From a virus (Duplodnaviria > Heunggongvirae > Uroviricota > Caudoviricetes), in the IMG/VR virus record IMGVR_UViG_3300020451_002055: a stretch of DNA of 64,000 bases; one strand, 5' to 3'. Positions 7,416 through 17,036 of the stretch are shown here, piece after piece. The position numbers and the translations under genes were made by a program. Within the stretch, counting starts at the first letter, position 1; each line of letters begins with the position of its first letter. The notes below the pieces were generated by a model. The model was not told the DNA's origin, did no database searches, and saw only the letters and a program-made list of their open reading frames with translations.

Positions 7416-9007
7416 ATGTCAAAATCATCCGTAAGAACGTTTAGGTTATCCTTCTTTTCCGGCTCTGAGAATATCTCGTCAGTTGACAGATTCTTAGAAG
7501 AAGGCGGAGCGTTGTCGTCTTCGTCGTCAAAGTTCAAGTCACCTATCATATCGATGTCGTCGATCATTGATTCGGCATGCTTTACAGAATCATCTGGCGT
7601 CAAGCATTCCCATGTAGCATCTTCCTCAGAAGAAATGCGACCTATCTCAGGAGCAACATTGAGAACGGCATAGGGCTTGCCGCCAGGAAAGGTCTTTGAC
7701 CCATACCTGGACTTGATACAGAATACCTGAAGTTTCTCGTTCGGTTGCGAGGGCATTGGAACCTGAGCAAAGATATTGTCGGAGTCTGCGGAGAAGTCGT
7801 GAGAACCTCGAACGTCTTCGGAACCAACAGTCTGTTGACCCTCTTTCTCTTTGCGGTGCTTCTTGATTGCATCTCTCGAAAGCTGAGCGGCGGAGATAAC
7901 AGAGAACCCTAGAGATCGGCCTAGCTGACGCAAGTCCTTACACATATGACCAATCTGCTCATGCGTAGGGGCTCTCTCATTGATTACCTCAGGTCTGAGA
8001 ATTGAAATGTAGTCAACGATAACGACATCGGGCTTGAACCAAGCATAGTTTTGTTCAATGAGCTTCTTGATATCAGATACCCGGAGACGATCGATAGGAT
8101 CGAGCATGACGAATCGATGCTTGATATCATTCCATTTGGCTACTTCTCTCTTGACCTTCTCGAACTCGCTATCAGACAGTCGATCAGCATGCTCGATCTT
8201 TCTTAGTTCAACCTTACTCTCGCGAGAAATGACCTTATGAAACAGCATCTCCGCAGGCATCTCAAGAGGGACCATGAGTACGTTCTTGCCATACTGCTTG
8301 AAAATGTTCAATGCGACGTTGAGCATCATAGTCGTCTTGAAGCCGCCTACGTCGGCGACGAAGAGCGTCAGCATGCCGGGTTTCAATCCGACGCCGATGC
8401 TGTAGTCAATCTCTGGAAAACCAGTCAGCAGTCTTTCTTCGGGTTCCTTGCGGCGCTGTTCAAGGTTCTTGAGCCACTCGTCTTCGCCGAACTCCGCTCC
8501 ATCGAGAACTCTGGCCGTGCCCGCATCTGCTTCGCCAGCCAAGCCCTTGAGCTTCTCTGCAAGCTCAGCAGAGGCCTTGTAGATGTTAGACTTGGCTGTC
8601 TTGTTGTAATCCGAAAGGCTATCGTTGGCTCTCTGCCTTACATAATGCTCTTTGAGCTTGCTGATGTAGAAGTCGAAGTCATTCTTGCTAGCATGCTCAG
8701 TATTGGCAATCTCGCTGAACATAGTTGATTCAGCGATGACAACCATGTTCTTAGACTGCTTTGAGTCTTTAGCATCTATCCAGTCTTTGTATTCGCCGCT
8801 CTCGCATGCTTTCGATATGAAATCCATGTATGCGTTCTTAGTTAGAGTCATACCTCTAACATGCATAGCTCGGATACTTACCGCTAGCGGTCGGTACTTG
8901 ATGCTGAAATATTCGGGCTTTGCGTTTGCCGCAAAGTCTTCAGCTAGCTCCGGGTTATTGGTAACTAGGTGTAGTATCTTCCTTTGATGAGTCTCGTATT
9001 CGCTCAT
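7412..9007 (-). CDS. dnaB: DnaB-like replicative helicase
   Basis: LLTGFPEID, ADVGGFKTT (Walker A variant), PLEM, VIVDYI, SAAQLSR, RGS...SADSD, KSRYG. Confidence 0.9.
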   Translation of the reverse strand: MSEYETHQRKILHLVTNNPELAEDFAANAKPEYFSIKYRPLAVSIRAMHVRGMTLTKNAYMDFISKACESGEYKDWIDAKDSKQSKNMVVIAESTMFSEIANTEHASKNDFDFYISKLKEHYVRQRANDSLSDYNKTAKSNIYKASAELAEKLKGLAGEADAGTARVLDGAEFGEDEWLKNLEQRRKEPEERLLTGFPEIDYSIGVGLKPGMLTLFVADVGGFKTTMMLNVALNIFKQYGKNVLMVPLEMPAEMLFHKVISRESKVELRKIEHADRLSDSEFEKVKREVAKWNDIKHRFVMLDPIDRLRVSDIKKLIEQNYAWFKPDVVIVDYISILRPEVINERAPTHEQIGHMCKDLRQLGRSLGFSVISAAQLSRDAIKKHRKEKEGQQTVGSEDVRGSHDFSADSDNIFAQVPMPSQPNEKLQVFCIKSRYGSKTFPGGKPYAVLNVAPEIGRISSEEDATWECLTPDDSVKHAESMIDDIDMIGDLNFDDEDDNAPPSSKNLSTDEIFSEPEKKDNLNVLTDDFDI

Positions 9008-9022
9008 AGATCGCTCCCTCCC

Positions 9023-9847
9023 TTAGACTTTGATCTTGTATGTATTTTGCGATTCTACGATCTTAGCGATTCCGGTCCCCATGACTTCAGACAAAGATAC
9101 CTTGGTTACATCGAAATCAAAGACAAGAATGGTAGGCTTGCCTTCCGATGATCTAGAGACTATGAAGTCGTCAACCGTTTCCTTAGTCCATGATGATGCA
9201 TTACCCTTTTCTATCTTACAGATGTCATCAATGACGAGCCAATCGGCATCGAGAGCATCATGTACATATGAGTCATACCTCTTCAACCCCTGTCGAAGTC
9301 TGAGGAATGAAATCCAATCGTATGTTCTTGCTATGTTTTGAGAAGACATCCGACGCCATATGGCATCGATCATGACGCAGGAAGCTAGAAGCGTCTTGCC
9401 TTTGGGTTCTCTTTTGACTTTGAAGTTCGAGAATCCTACTTGAGCATTGTCTTCGATGCTCTTTTGATCGCCGTGAATGACAAGCGATGAACCCTTCTTG
9501 AACCGTTCATCAAGGACCGAGGCCATGTTTAGCTCGCTCCTTGACATATCTTGCTTGTCTAGAGGGAAGGCCCCCTCATACATATAGGACCAAAGTTCTT
9601 GACGTATTCGATGAGCCTCTCGGACATCGATAATACGTTTATCCTGAACTTTACCCGTATATGAGAAGATATTCGCGTTGCGATACTCTTCTGGTATGAT
9701 TGAACGGATGTTCGCTAGTATTTCAGCGGTTTTATAGCAGACGCAACCGCCCTGCCTCTGACATTGCGAATCTTCGGAATCAAATGTCGGGCACTCAGGT
9801 CTTAGCTGCTTGAGATAGTGCTTGATATAGCTGCTGATGTCTTCCAT
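9023..9847 (-). CDS. DnaC/DnaI/IstB-like AAA+ helicase loader
   Basis: N-terminal Cys cluster, IP.EYRNA, SLVIHG...KGKTLLA, DWLVIDDI, R...GKPTIL; directly upstream of dnaB. Confidence 0.75.
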   Translation of the reverse strand: MEDISSYIKHYLKQLRPECPTFDSEDSQCQRQGGCVCYKTAEILANIRSIIPEEYRNANIFSYTGKVQDKRIIDVREAHRIRQELWSYMYEGAFPLDKQDMSRSELNMASVLDERFKKGSSLVIHGDQKSIEDNAQVGFSNFKVKREPKGKTLLASCVMIDAIWRRMSSQNIARTYDWISFLRLRQGLKRYDSYVHDALDADWLVIDDICKIEKGNASSWTKETVDDFIVSRSSEGKPTILVFDFDVTKVSLSEVMGTGIAKIVESQNTYKIKV

Positions 9848-9871
9848 GCAAATGAAATCGGCTCAATCAAC

Positions 9872-9889
9872 GCTCGCAGATAAGCGAGC
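9872..9889 (-). terminator. short GC-rich hairpin after the AAA ATPase gene (possible weak terminator or processing stem)
   Basis: GCTCGC-6 nt loop-GCGAGC perfect 6-bp stem, 3 nt after the stop; only a poor U-tract (GTTGATT) follows. Confidence 0.3.
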
Positions 9890-9892
9890 CAC

Positions 9893-12805
9893 TCAGCTTT
9901 TGACCTTATGAGTGTTGGCGTATCGAGCGTTCTCTTCGGCCCATTTGCGCATGGCTTCGATCTCTTCTGCACGCATCTTTGAGAGAGGCTTGAACTGACC
10001 TGCGGCCTTCGTGATGTCAGACATCTTCAAATCCCGCTTCTGCTTGAAGGCATAGAACAGCGCTTCATTGACGGCCTTCTCAATTTCTGCTCCGCTGAAC
10101 CCTTCAAGGTCTTTATGCTCAGCAACCTTCTTGAGAGTAAGTCGGCTTTCCTTGGGCATGTTATCAGGATCAATGCCCTTGAGCGTCAACATAATGCGAA
10201 GAATGATCTCTCGTTCTGCGGCATCAGGCAGGTCAATGAAGAAGACCTCATCCAATCGACCGGCTCGCATGAACTCGGGCGGGATATCGTCCATGTTGTT
10301 CGCCGTGCAAATGACAAAGACTGATTTAGTCTTCTCTTGCATCCAGGTAAGGAAAGTAGAGATGACTCGCTTCGTCGTCCCGCTGTCGCCAGAACCTTTG
10401 CCAACTGCTGCGGACAGTGCCTTCTCGACCTCATCAACCCAAAGGACGCAGTTGTGGCAAAGCAGATTATTGGCAAAGAAGTTATGGTTGCCTTCGCAGG
10501 AAAGATCGTAGACCGTATCCTTTCCAACCGGATCAACCGACATGACTCGAATGCCGACGACATCAGAGGTAACAAGCGTAGCGACTTCAGATTCATTTCT
10601 CGAATCTTCAGCAGAAATCATGCCGCCGAGATGATACCCGATATGTTTACTGCGGCGAGAGCAGTCCCCAACAGCATGAGTAATCAGTTTGCTGAGATGA
10701 TCGCTGCTGACTCTTTCAACAACCGCTCGGGCGAGGAGATCGATTTCATGCTGCGAAGCGATGAAGACAGTCCTGTACGTTTTGCGAGGAGCGACGATAC
10801 CGATGCAATGCAGAGCCCGGCAGAGACGGTCCCTCTCCTCCGAGTCTTCGACGATGATGGAAATCTTAGTATTGCGACCAAGCTGGATATTGGATGAGGA
10901 CTCAACAAAACCGGACAGGTAGGCGCTGACAAGTTCGTCATTGAATGAGATCAGGTTCTTCCTGATGTATTCAACGATCTGATAGATGGCCTTGTGATGG
11001 ACATAGCACTGAGTTGTCCCGTCTTCTTGATCCTGCAACTCAGGCTCGATACCAAAGCATGCCTGCATAGCAACCGTATAGGCATAGGCTTTGGAAGAGA
11101 AGAGATGAGCCTTGGAAGAAAAGTCGCCGTCAAAGACAACAAGGTCTTCGCCCTCAAGGAAGCCGGAGCCATCAAGCATACCAGCAATGTAGAGAGCGCA
11201 TTCAGGATTGAATCCGTCTTCCGCGAAAAGAATCTCTTCGCAGCTTGGACCTCTGATGCCCTTCTCGTCAATATCAAACGACTCATCCAGGGCATCTCGG
11301 AGATCGAACGGAATCGGGTCTCGCATGAGTTTCTTGGGAGAGACAACGAAATCATCTGCCTTGATGCGGACAGCCTCGATCCACTCAAGCTGACCGTCTC
11401 GGATGATCATCATCTTGTGATCAGCGGTAACGCGAAGCTGAGCATTCGCCGTAACGATTTCAACGATGTCCCTCTTGCGGGGCTTCTTGACAACCGCTTC
11501 GACTCGGGTTCGCTCAATCTGCAATGAGTCTTCATTGAAAGAATAGGTAAAGAACGGCTTACTCTTGAAGAGAGACTTGTCGCTCATCAGGTCATCAATG
11601 GTATAGACAACGCCATTTGAGTCATAGACCTTGGCCTCGCCTGTGACGCATGGAGCAAGCGTCTCCGCCAAAGCGATTGCCTCTCGGATGTTTGCCTCCG
11701 ACTCGCCGACGAGCGAATCCATGACGGCTCCAAGATCGAGTCGAAGCAGGGGACGCCCAAAGAAGCGAGCGATACCCTTGGCAGACAGCGATTTGCCCAT
11801 GCCCGGAACGCCGCAAAGCAAAACGCCTCGGGGGTCAACAATGCCAAACTCTCTTGCTTCGGGAGAGAACGCAAGCTTTCGATCGCGGACCCAATCGAGC
11901 ATGGGATCAAGACCGCCGATATGGTCAAGCTCAACCTGCGAATCGACATAGGTCAGGGCATCGTTTTTGCTGATAGCAGAACGCTTTGCTTCAATCAGCT
12001 TGCTCAGTTCAAGAGGATGGTGATCAAGCTCCTTGGCAGAGGCAATGGTTTGCATGTACGCGGCCTTGATCTCGGCCATCGTCAAACCAAGAACGGCATC
12101 GACGAGAGCATCGCGATGCTTATTGGCATACTCAGTGATACCAGGATACAGCCCTTGAACCCCTCTTGTGCCAATGATGGTATCAAGCTCGGTCGAAATC
12201 TCTTCTCTGTTGGGACGAGGGAACAGGAGGTTCTCGAAAACGTGCCCGAGACCGGCGGAATCCAGATACTTGGGACCGGTGACGATGACTGTTCCGCCTC
12301 GACTCTCATGGGCAAGTTCCCGAAGGAGGCGTTCAACCTTCGGGTCATATTTTGGAGACAGGTACTTGTGGAAGTCGCAGAGAACAAAAACGACACCTCT
12401 GGCGTGCCGGTATTGGGCGGTTCGGACCTGCTTGACCTTTTCAATGATGTGACGCAGAATTCCGACAGGATCGGTTGCCTGCTTCCCCTCACTGATGGAA
12501 TGATTCATGTTCGGGTTGATACATTGCAACCCATGGACGCAATCCCATCGATAAGCGAGATAGTCGCTCGCCATGACCAGGTGCTTCAAATGGTCAAGGA
12601 ATCGATCCTCTTCGGGAGTCGAAACAAAGAGAAGCGGGTGACGAGAGCGAATCAGAGACATCAGCCGATAGTTGTAGTCTGGTTCGGCTCCCGCATGGAA
12701 CCTGTCCAAATGACTCAACTCAACAGGCGTATGTTCTGTACCTGCCGCAGCCTCAACAGCGGCAACGGGCACTTCAATCGTATCGCTAGTATGTTCTTGG
12801 GACAT
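9893..12805 (-). CDS. Ycf46-like AAA ATPase (degenerate N-terminal plus active C-terminal AAA module) containing an intein
   Basis: RSRHPLLFVSTPEE, VLCDFH, IGGLDPMLDW, PRGVLLCGVPGMGKSLSAK, LDLGAVMDSLVGESE, VLWVDEVEK, FLTWMQE, PPEFMRAGRLDEVFFIDLP, GFSGAEIE. Confidence 0.92.
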   Translation of the reverse strand: MSQEHTSDTIEVPVAAVEAAAGTEHTPVELSHLDRFHAGAEPDYNYRLMSLIRSRHPLLFVSTPEEDRFLDHLKHLVMASDYLAYRWDCVHGLQCINPNMNHSISEGKQATDPVGILRHIIEKVKQVRTAQYRHARGVVFVLCDFHKYLSPKYDPKVERLLRELAHESRGGTVIVTGPKYLDSAGLGHVFENLLFPRPNREEISTELDTIIGTRGVQGLYPGITEYANKHRDALVDAVLGLTMAEIKAAYMQTIASAKELDHHPLELSKLIEAKRSAISKNDALTYVDSQVELDHIGGLDPMLDWVRDRKLAFSPEAREFGIVDPRGVLLCGVPGMGKSLSAKGIARFFGRPLLRLDLGAVMDSLVGESEANIREAIALAETLAPCVTGEAKVYDSNGVVYTIDDLMSDKSLFKSKPFFTYSFNEDSLQIERTRVEAVVKKPRKRDIVEIVTANAQLRVTADHKMMIIRDGQLEWIEAVRIKADDFVVSPKKLMRDPIPFDLRDALDESFDIDEKGIRGPSCEEILFAEDGFNPECALYIAGMLDGSGFLEGEDLVVFDGDFSSKAHLFSSKAYAYTVAMQACFGIEPELQDQEDGTTQCYVHHKAIYQIVEYIRKNLISFNDELVSAYLSGFVESSSNIQLGRNTKISIIVEDSEERDRLCRALHCIGIVAPRKTYRTVFIASQHEIDLLARAVVERVSSDHLSKLITHAVGDCSRRSKHIGYHLGGMISAEDSRNESEVATLVTSDVVGIRVMSVDPVGKDTVYDLSCEGNHNFFANNLLCHNCVLWVDEVEKALSAAVGKGSGDSGTTKRVISTFLTWMQEKTKSVFVICTANNMDDIPPEFMRAGRLDEVFFIDLPDAAEREIILRIMLTLKGIDPDNMPKESRLTLKKVAEHKDLEGFSGAEIEKAVNEALFYAFKQKRDLKMSDITKAAGQFKPLSKMRAEEIEAMRKWAEENARYANTHKVKS
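10451..11650 (-). mobile_element. Intein (400 aa) with degenerate LAGLIDADG endonuclease, inserted just before Walker B
   Basis: Starts CVTGEAKV after LAP; block B VTADH; ends VYDLSCEGNHNFFANNLLCHN with +1 Cys (CVLWVDE). Removing it restores LAPCVLWVDEVEK. Confidence 0.93.
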
Positions 12806-12827
12806 CTACGCACTCCCATAGCCTCGC

Positions 12828-13364
12828 TCAGCGGACCGGAGAGAGCGTGGCATGCAAAGATCGGTCTGACTCTATTATCCGCTCTGCCTTCGCCACCTGC
12901 TGTAGCTTCTCGATCTGTTCTTGCAGAATTTGGCGGGCCTCGGCTTTATACCTGCGCTCTCTTCCTTTGAGAACGATGCCGAACTTGACCTGGTGGCCCT
13001 TCTCAAGGAATTTGGTGATTTTATCGCGCTTGATATTCAGGTCATGCTCTTGAGTGCTGTAGTGAAAGGTTATTTCCTTGAGACTCGGAGTCTTGATGTT
13101 CTGCTTCTTTTTTGACTGCTCATAGCGCATCTTGCCGTAGTCCATGATCTTGCAGACAGGCCATTCGCCCCTATCCCGATTGCCCGGCTTGACCTCAACG
13201 AGGTCTAACCCGACTTCCTCGGCTTTCTGCTTGGCATCTTTGGTGGCGATCTCGCCGTGATTCGTACCTTGCTCGTCAATCAGAATGACGCGAGGGGCTC
13301 GAATGAAATCGTTTATACGGTTGGTGCGTTCGTTATTCGAAGAACGATTGATTTTGCGGTGCAT
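12828..13364 (-). CDS. infC: translation initiation factor IF-3 (start codon uncertain)
   Basis: RINDFIRAPRVILIDEQG, A...AEEVGLDLVEV, PVCKIMDYGK.RYE..KK, KEI.F.....EHDL..K.....KFLEKGHQVK....KGRE. Confidence 0.93.
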   Translation of the reverse strand: MHRKINRSSNNERTNRINDFIRAPRVILIDEQGTNHGEIATKDAKQKAEEVGLDLVEVKPGNRDRGEWPVCKIMDYGKMRYEQSKKKQNIKTPSLKEITFHYSTQEHDLNIKRDKITKFLEKGHQVKFGIVLKGRERRYKAEARQILQEQIEKLQQVAKAERIIESDRSLHATLSPVR

Positions 13365-14196
13365 CTGTATACTCGGCAGCAATAAGCGTGAACGGCTCTC
13401 CCGTTGAGCGGGCAAGCGTTTCAATGAGTTCCGAAAACTCTTTCTTCATATCGGATGGGTATGGTCCTAGATTTTCTGTTTGCGTAAACAACTGGTCTAC
13501 GCCTTGTTTGTTCATCAAATCTAGAACGGACTGACATATCTTGCTTATCGACAAACTCTTGTCATTGTTCTCTTTGTTTCTTAGCCAATAGTAACAAATA
13601 AATAGACCGTATGAACAGAGGAACGATCCAATGCCTTGACGCATGGTTGACTGCATTGCATCTTCGGTCAGCGACGACTCAGGCTCAGCTACTTCCACAT
13701 TGCGTTCTTGAGTTTCCAACTGAACATTCTGTTCTGAACAGAACTTGGCAAAATCTTCGACGTTGCGATCATACCGCAGCATCTTAAAACCAAGATACCC
13801 ATACGATGCAATCAAAGATTCTGCTCGTTCTGAGAAAAACCAATCGAGATAGTATTTGGTCAGCCTGTTAGAGGGCCATTCGCCGAACACTCGCTTGAGG
13901 CCTTCCTGCATTAGCTTTATACCCTCCTGGGCTCCGCCATATGAGATTGACCACCTCTGTCCAGTCAGGTTGACATAATGGGCAAGGCAATATCGGAGCA
14001 TGTCCGGCTTGTTCCATTCGCTAACCTTTTTTGTAGCATAGCCGGGACCGCCTCTGGCATCCCACTTGACTTCCTCAGCTTCAAGTCGTTGTTCGCCAAC
14101 AAGCTCCACTTCTTTCTGCGTATAGGAATATCCATGCAGTTGTTCTTTCGAAGCTTTGCTAGCCGCCGAAAGCATTTCATCCATGTTCTTTATCAT
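13333..14196 (-). CDS. hypothetical protein (287 aa)
   Basis: Long ORF tiling the run; no motif recognised. Confidence 0.75.
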   Translation of the reverse strand: MIKNMDEMLSAASKASKEQLHGYSYTQKEVELVGEQRLEAEEVKWDARGGPGYATKKVSEWNKPDMLRYCLAHYVNLTGQRWSISYGGAQEGIKLMQEGLKRVFGEWPSNRLTKYYLDWFFSERAESLIASYGYLGFKMLRYDRNVEDFAKFCSEQNVQLETQERNVEVAEPESSLTEDAMQSTMRQGIGSFLCSYGLFICYYWLRNKENNDKSLSISKICQSVLDLMNKQGVDQLFTQTENLGPYPSDMKKEFSELIETLARSTGEPFTLIAAEYTDAPQNQSFFE

Positions 14197-14203
14197 GCTC
14201 TGC

Positions 14204-15454
14204 TCACTCGGGTCTAACCGTAATTACATACTCAGTTCCGGAAGATTGATCCTTCCGGTAATGGTACTTATAGTCGATCTCGGAAACAGAAACCTTGTTC
14301 CTGAACATTTTGATCGTATCAACAATTCCGTCGATGTCCGACCAGCTACTATCGTTGTAGCTAAACATCCATATAGCCTGTTTAGGCAAGGAATCCAGAA
14401 GCTCTACGAAGCTTTCTTTGTAGGTCTTCGCTGCAGCAAAACGTTTGGCATCTTTGATAACATCCCTGTTGGGGCTTCCATAGAACAGAAAGTCTTCTAT
14501 GAAATCATACATAGCAGAATAGTCGCTCTGTTCGCCGCCATACGGAGGATCAATGTATACGAGATCGAGCGAGTCTAGAGCCTCTTTAGCATACTTGTTG
14601 TCCGAACGCAATAGCTCAATCGCATCTGACCTTGTTGTCTTGCATACCCTGTCGCCGTGAACAGGTATTTCGAACAGCGGAATATCATCAGCAGAGAATC
14701 CCATCTCGTAACCAGCGTTCCGCTGATGAGCTACTCGATGCTCATACTTTGCAATGATCTGACCGGAATTCAATCTGCCTCCAACAAAGCAGCAGTTCAT
14801 CAGGTAATGGGTCAGAGCAACAACCGCATTGGTATACGGTATGTAGTTACTGTATTCTTTAGTTGGAGGATCAGGTTCTTTGCCGTAGTGCATCATCCAA
14901 ATGGGCTCAACGCTACTTGTTAGCTTATCAAAGCATATATCAGCAAAGTCTCGGTCATCGGAATTCATATTGCCGCGAATGATATCGAGTCTCTTTGCTT
15001 CGGCTTCTGAGAAGCGCAGAGGACAGTAGTTGTCCAAGATACGAGTGCCCGCAGGCTTACCGCTAGGGTCAAGCAGTTGCTCTGTGAACTGTTTTGCCAA
15101 AGCCATGTTGCCGGTGAACTGCGGAATGATCAGCGAAGTCGCATTGAGATAAGACGAGCCAAGAATGTCATTCGCCCAAACGCATGAACCCATCGACTTG
15201 AAGAAGTAGCCGACGAAGCCGCTGCCGGTGAACAGATCGAGGACATTGCCTCCATCGACAACATCAGAAAGGCCCTCCTCGAACAAGACAGATGCGAGGT
15301 CAACAAGGAGCTTTCGCTTATTTCCGACATAGGGATTCTTCACTCTTTCGAGGCTGTATTGAGCTTTTCTGGCTCGGCTGAGCCATGAAGAAAAGCCGCC
15401 ATCGTCGCGGCTATCTTCAAACATATCGATCTGAACCGGTCGCTTTGAACCCAT
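14204..15454 (-). CDS. DNA adenine methyltransferase, alpha class (D12/Dam/FokI-like)
   Basis: PYVGNKRKL, VLDLFTGSG, WANDI, LVYIDPPY, MFSYND. Confidence 0.9.
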   Translation of the reverse strand: MGSKRPVQIDMFEDSRDDGGFSSWLSRARKAQYSLERVKNPYVGNKRKLLVDLASVLFEEGLSDVVDGGNVLDLFTGSGFVGYFFKSMGSCVWANDILGSSYLNATSLIIPQFTGNMALAKQFTEQLLDPSGKPAGTRILDNYCPLRFSEAEAKRLDIIRGNMNSDDRDFADICFDKLTSSVEPIWMMHYGKEPDPPTKEYSNYIPYTNAVVALTHYLMNCCFVGGRLNSGQIIAKYEHRVAHQRNAGYEMGFSADDIPLFEIPVHGDRVCKTTRSDAIELLRSDNKYAKEALDSLDLVYIDPPYGGEQSDYSAMYDFIEDFLFYGSPNRDVIKDAKRFAAAKTYKESFVELLDSLPKQAIWMFSYNDSSWSDIDGIVDTIKMFRNKVSVSEIDYKYHYRKDQSSGTEYVITVRPE

Positions 15455-15500
15455 AGACTTTATGTCGTCAGATCATGGCTCATCAAAGAACCCAACACCA

Positions 15501-17036
15501 TCATTTGTAGTCTCGGATCAAGAACTCAGGCTCAGTGCAATAGATGCTTCTACGCTTGTCACTATGGCTGCGAAGATAACGAGTATTGTCAACGAAATCG
15601 ACTACAAAGGCGTCTTTCTTAGCAATACCTGTGACAGGATCTTTGTAAGAGCGGATGACCCTACCGATGCGCTGCAAAGCTCTTGTCTGAGATTTTCCGC
15701 TGCCTGCAAGAATAAGACCATCGAGAGGCTTGACATCTACGCCCTCGTCAAAAATCGAAGTCGCAATCGTCACCTTCGCTTCTCGGTCCCTCATCTTCTG
15801 AATCCATTCCTCTCGCTGCTTGCCGGTATGAGTACCGTTGATGAAGAAGCTATCAGGTATCATGGACTCAAGAGTATTGCCGTGATCGATATGCTTGACA
15901 AGAATGAGCGTCTGGCGACTACTCTTGGTCATCTGATCTGCCAAGTTAGCAATCATCGTATTGCGTTCAAGATTCTCGACAATGCCTTCTTTGTAGACGG
16001 TCTGATAGGAACCCTCAATGTCAAGCCTCGGCATATGGACGAAGTAGATGCTTGGCTGAACGAGTATGCCCTTTTTGATAAGGAAGGAAGCATTGATGTC
16101 TACGATAGGCTTGCCGAAGCAGGCATCAATAAGCAGGTCATCGCCTTCGTCTCTCCATGGGGTAGCCGAGAGACCGTAACGGAAGCGGGCTGCAAGAGAA
16201 TGGTCCGCAATGATCTGGCATGTCTTGGCAGCCCAGTGTTGAACCTCATCGCATATCATTCCTTGGCATGTTCTGATGACGTTGGCGATCTTCTCCTTGT
16301 CAGTCTCATCGTACTTAGAGTTGTCTGCTCCGTCTTCATCATCGTACTTCGTAAAGCGACCGCCCAGAGAACGGACAGCCGTCTGAACGGTCATGATGTT
16401 GATGTCCTTGATGTCGCAAAGACCGCCTCCGATCATGCCGACTTCAATCGGCTTGCCGTCTTTTCGAATGAACCTTTCGAGTTCTGCCTTCGCCTGTTTG
16501 AGCAGGTCAATGCTCGTAACGTAGAAGATGAAAGGCGTAACGCCAAGCTCTGCAATGATACCCGAAGCGGTAGCTGTCTTGCCTCCGCCCGTAGCCATTT
16601 TGACAATGCCTCGCTGCTGCTTGACAGCATTCTTGATGATTTCTAGCTGATAGTCTCTCGGCTCAAAGTCCGGGCTCATTGAGTATCCGTTGCCAACTTC
16701 TACCTGAACTCTAGCATCGATGATTTTGTAGGGTACGTTTTCAAGCTTGAAGAAATCCCTTGCTCTTGATATGAGACCGGTAGGGAAATGCGTTCCATCT
16801 TTCTTGACATGGCAACGACAATACTTGCGGTTGTAGCAGACGGTACTACGCCAGCCGTCCCACTTGGTATTAGGCTTCCCGTCTTTGCCTCGGGGAGCCT
16901 TCCACATGGCCTTGTCGTCTTGGTATCCCAGGGCTTTCTTGAGGCCCTGATAAACGTCCCTGTCGAGTCTTCCCTCTACATAGGTGACGGTATCGCTGAC
17001 TCTAAGAACTATTTCTGAGTGAGCGGTTTGAGTCAT
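15501..17036 (-). CDS. superfamily 2 DNA helicase (UvsW/XPB-like)
   Basis: PRDYQ, MATGGGKT, ICDEVQH, GLSATPWR, IFDEGVDV, LQRIGRVIR. Confidence 0.92.
   Translation of the reverse strand: MTQTAHSEIVLRVSDTVTYVEGRLDRDVYQGLKKALGYQDDKAMWKAPRGKDGKPNTKWDGWRSTVCYNRKYCRCHVKKDGTHFPTGLISRARDFFKLENVPYKIIDARVQVEVGNGYSMSPDFEPRDYQLEIIKNAVKQQRGIVKMATGGGKTATASGIIAELGVTPFIFYVTSIDLLKQAKAELERFIRKDGKPIEVGMIGGGLCDIKDINIMTVQTAVRSLGGRFTKYDDEDGADNSKYDETDKEKIANVIRTCQGMICDEVQHWAAKTCQIIADHSLAARFRYGLSATPWRDEGDDLLIDACFGKPIVDINASFLIKKGILVQPSIYFVHMPRLDIEGSYQTVYKEGIVENLERNTMIANLADQMTKSSRQTLILVKHIDHGNTLESMIPDSFFINGTHTGKQREEWIQKMRDREAKVTIATSIFDEGVDVKPLDGLILAGSGKSQTRALQRIGRVIRSYKDPVTGIAKKDAFVVDFVDNTRYLRSHSDKRRSIYCTEPEFLIRDYK

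Noticed and set aside
11921-12970. 349-aa plus-strand ORF
   Set aside because: Mostly antisense to the AAA ATPase, with no motifs; a shadow ORF from codon bias
15462-16646. 394-aa plus-strand ORF
   Set aside because: Antisense to the SF2 helicase, no motifs; the same reasoning applies to the other plus-strand ORFs (e.g. 20136-20900, 23943-24677, 48224-48979)
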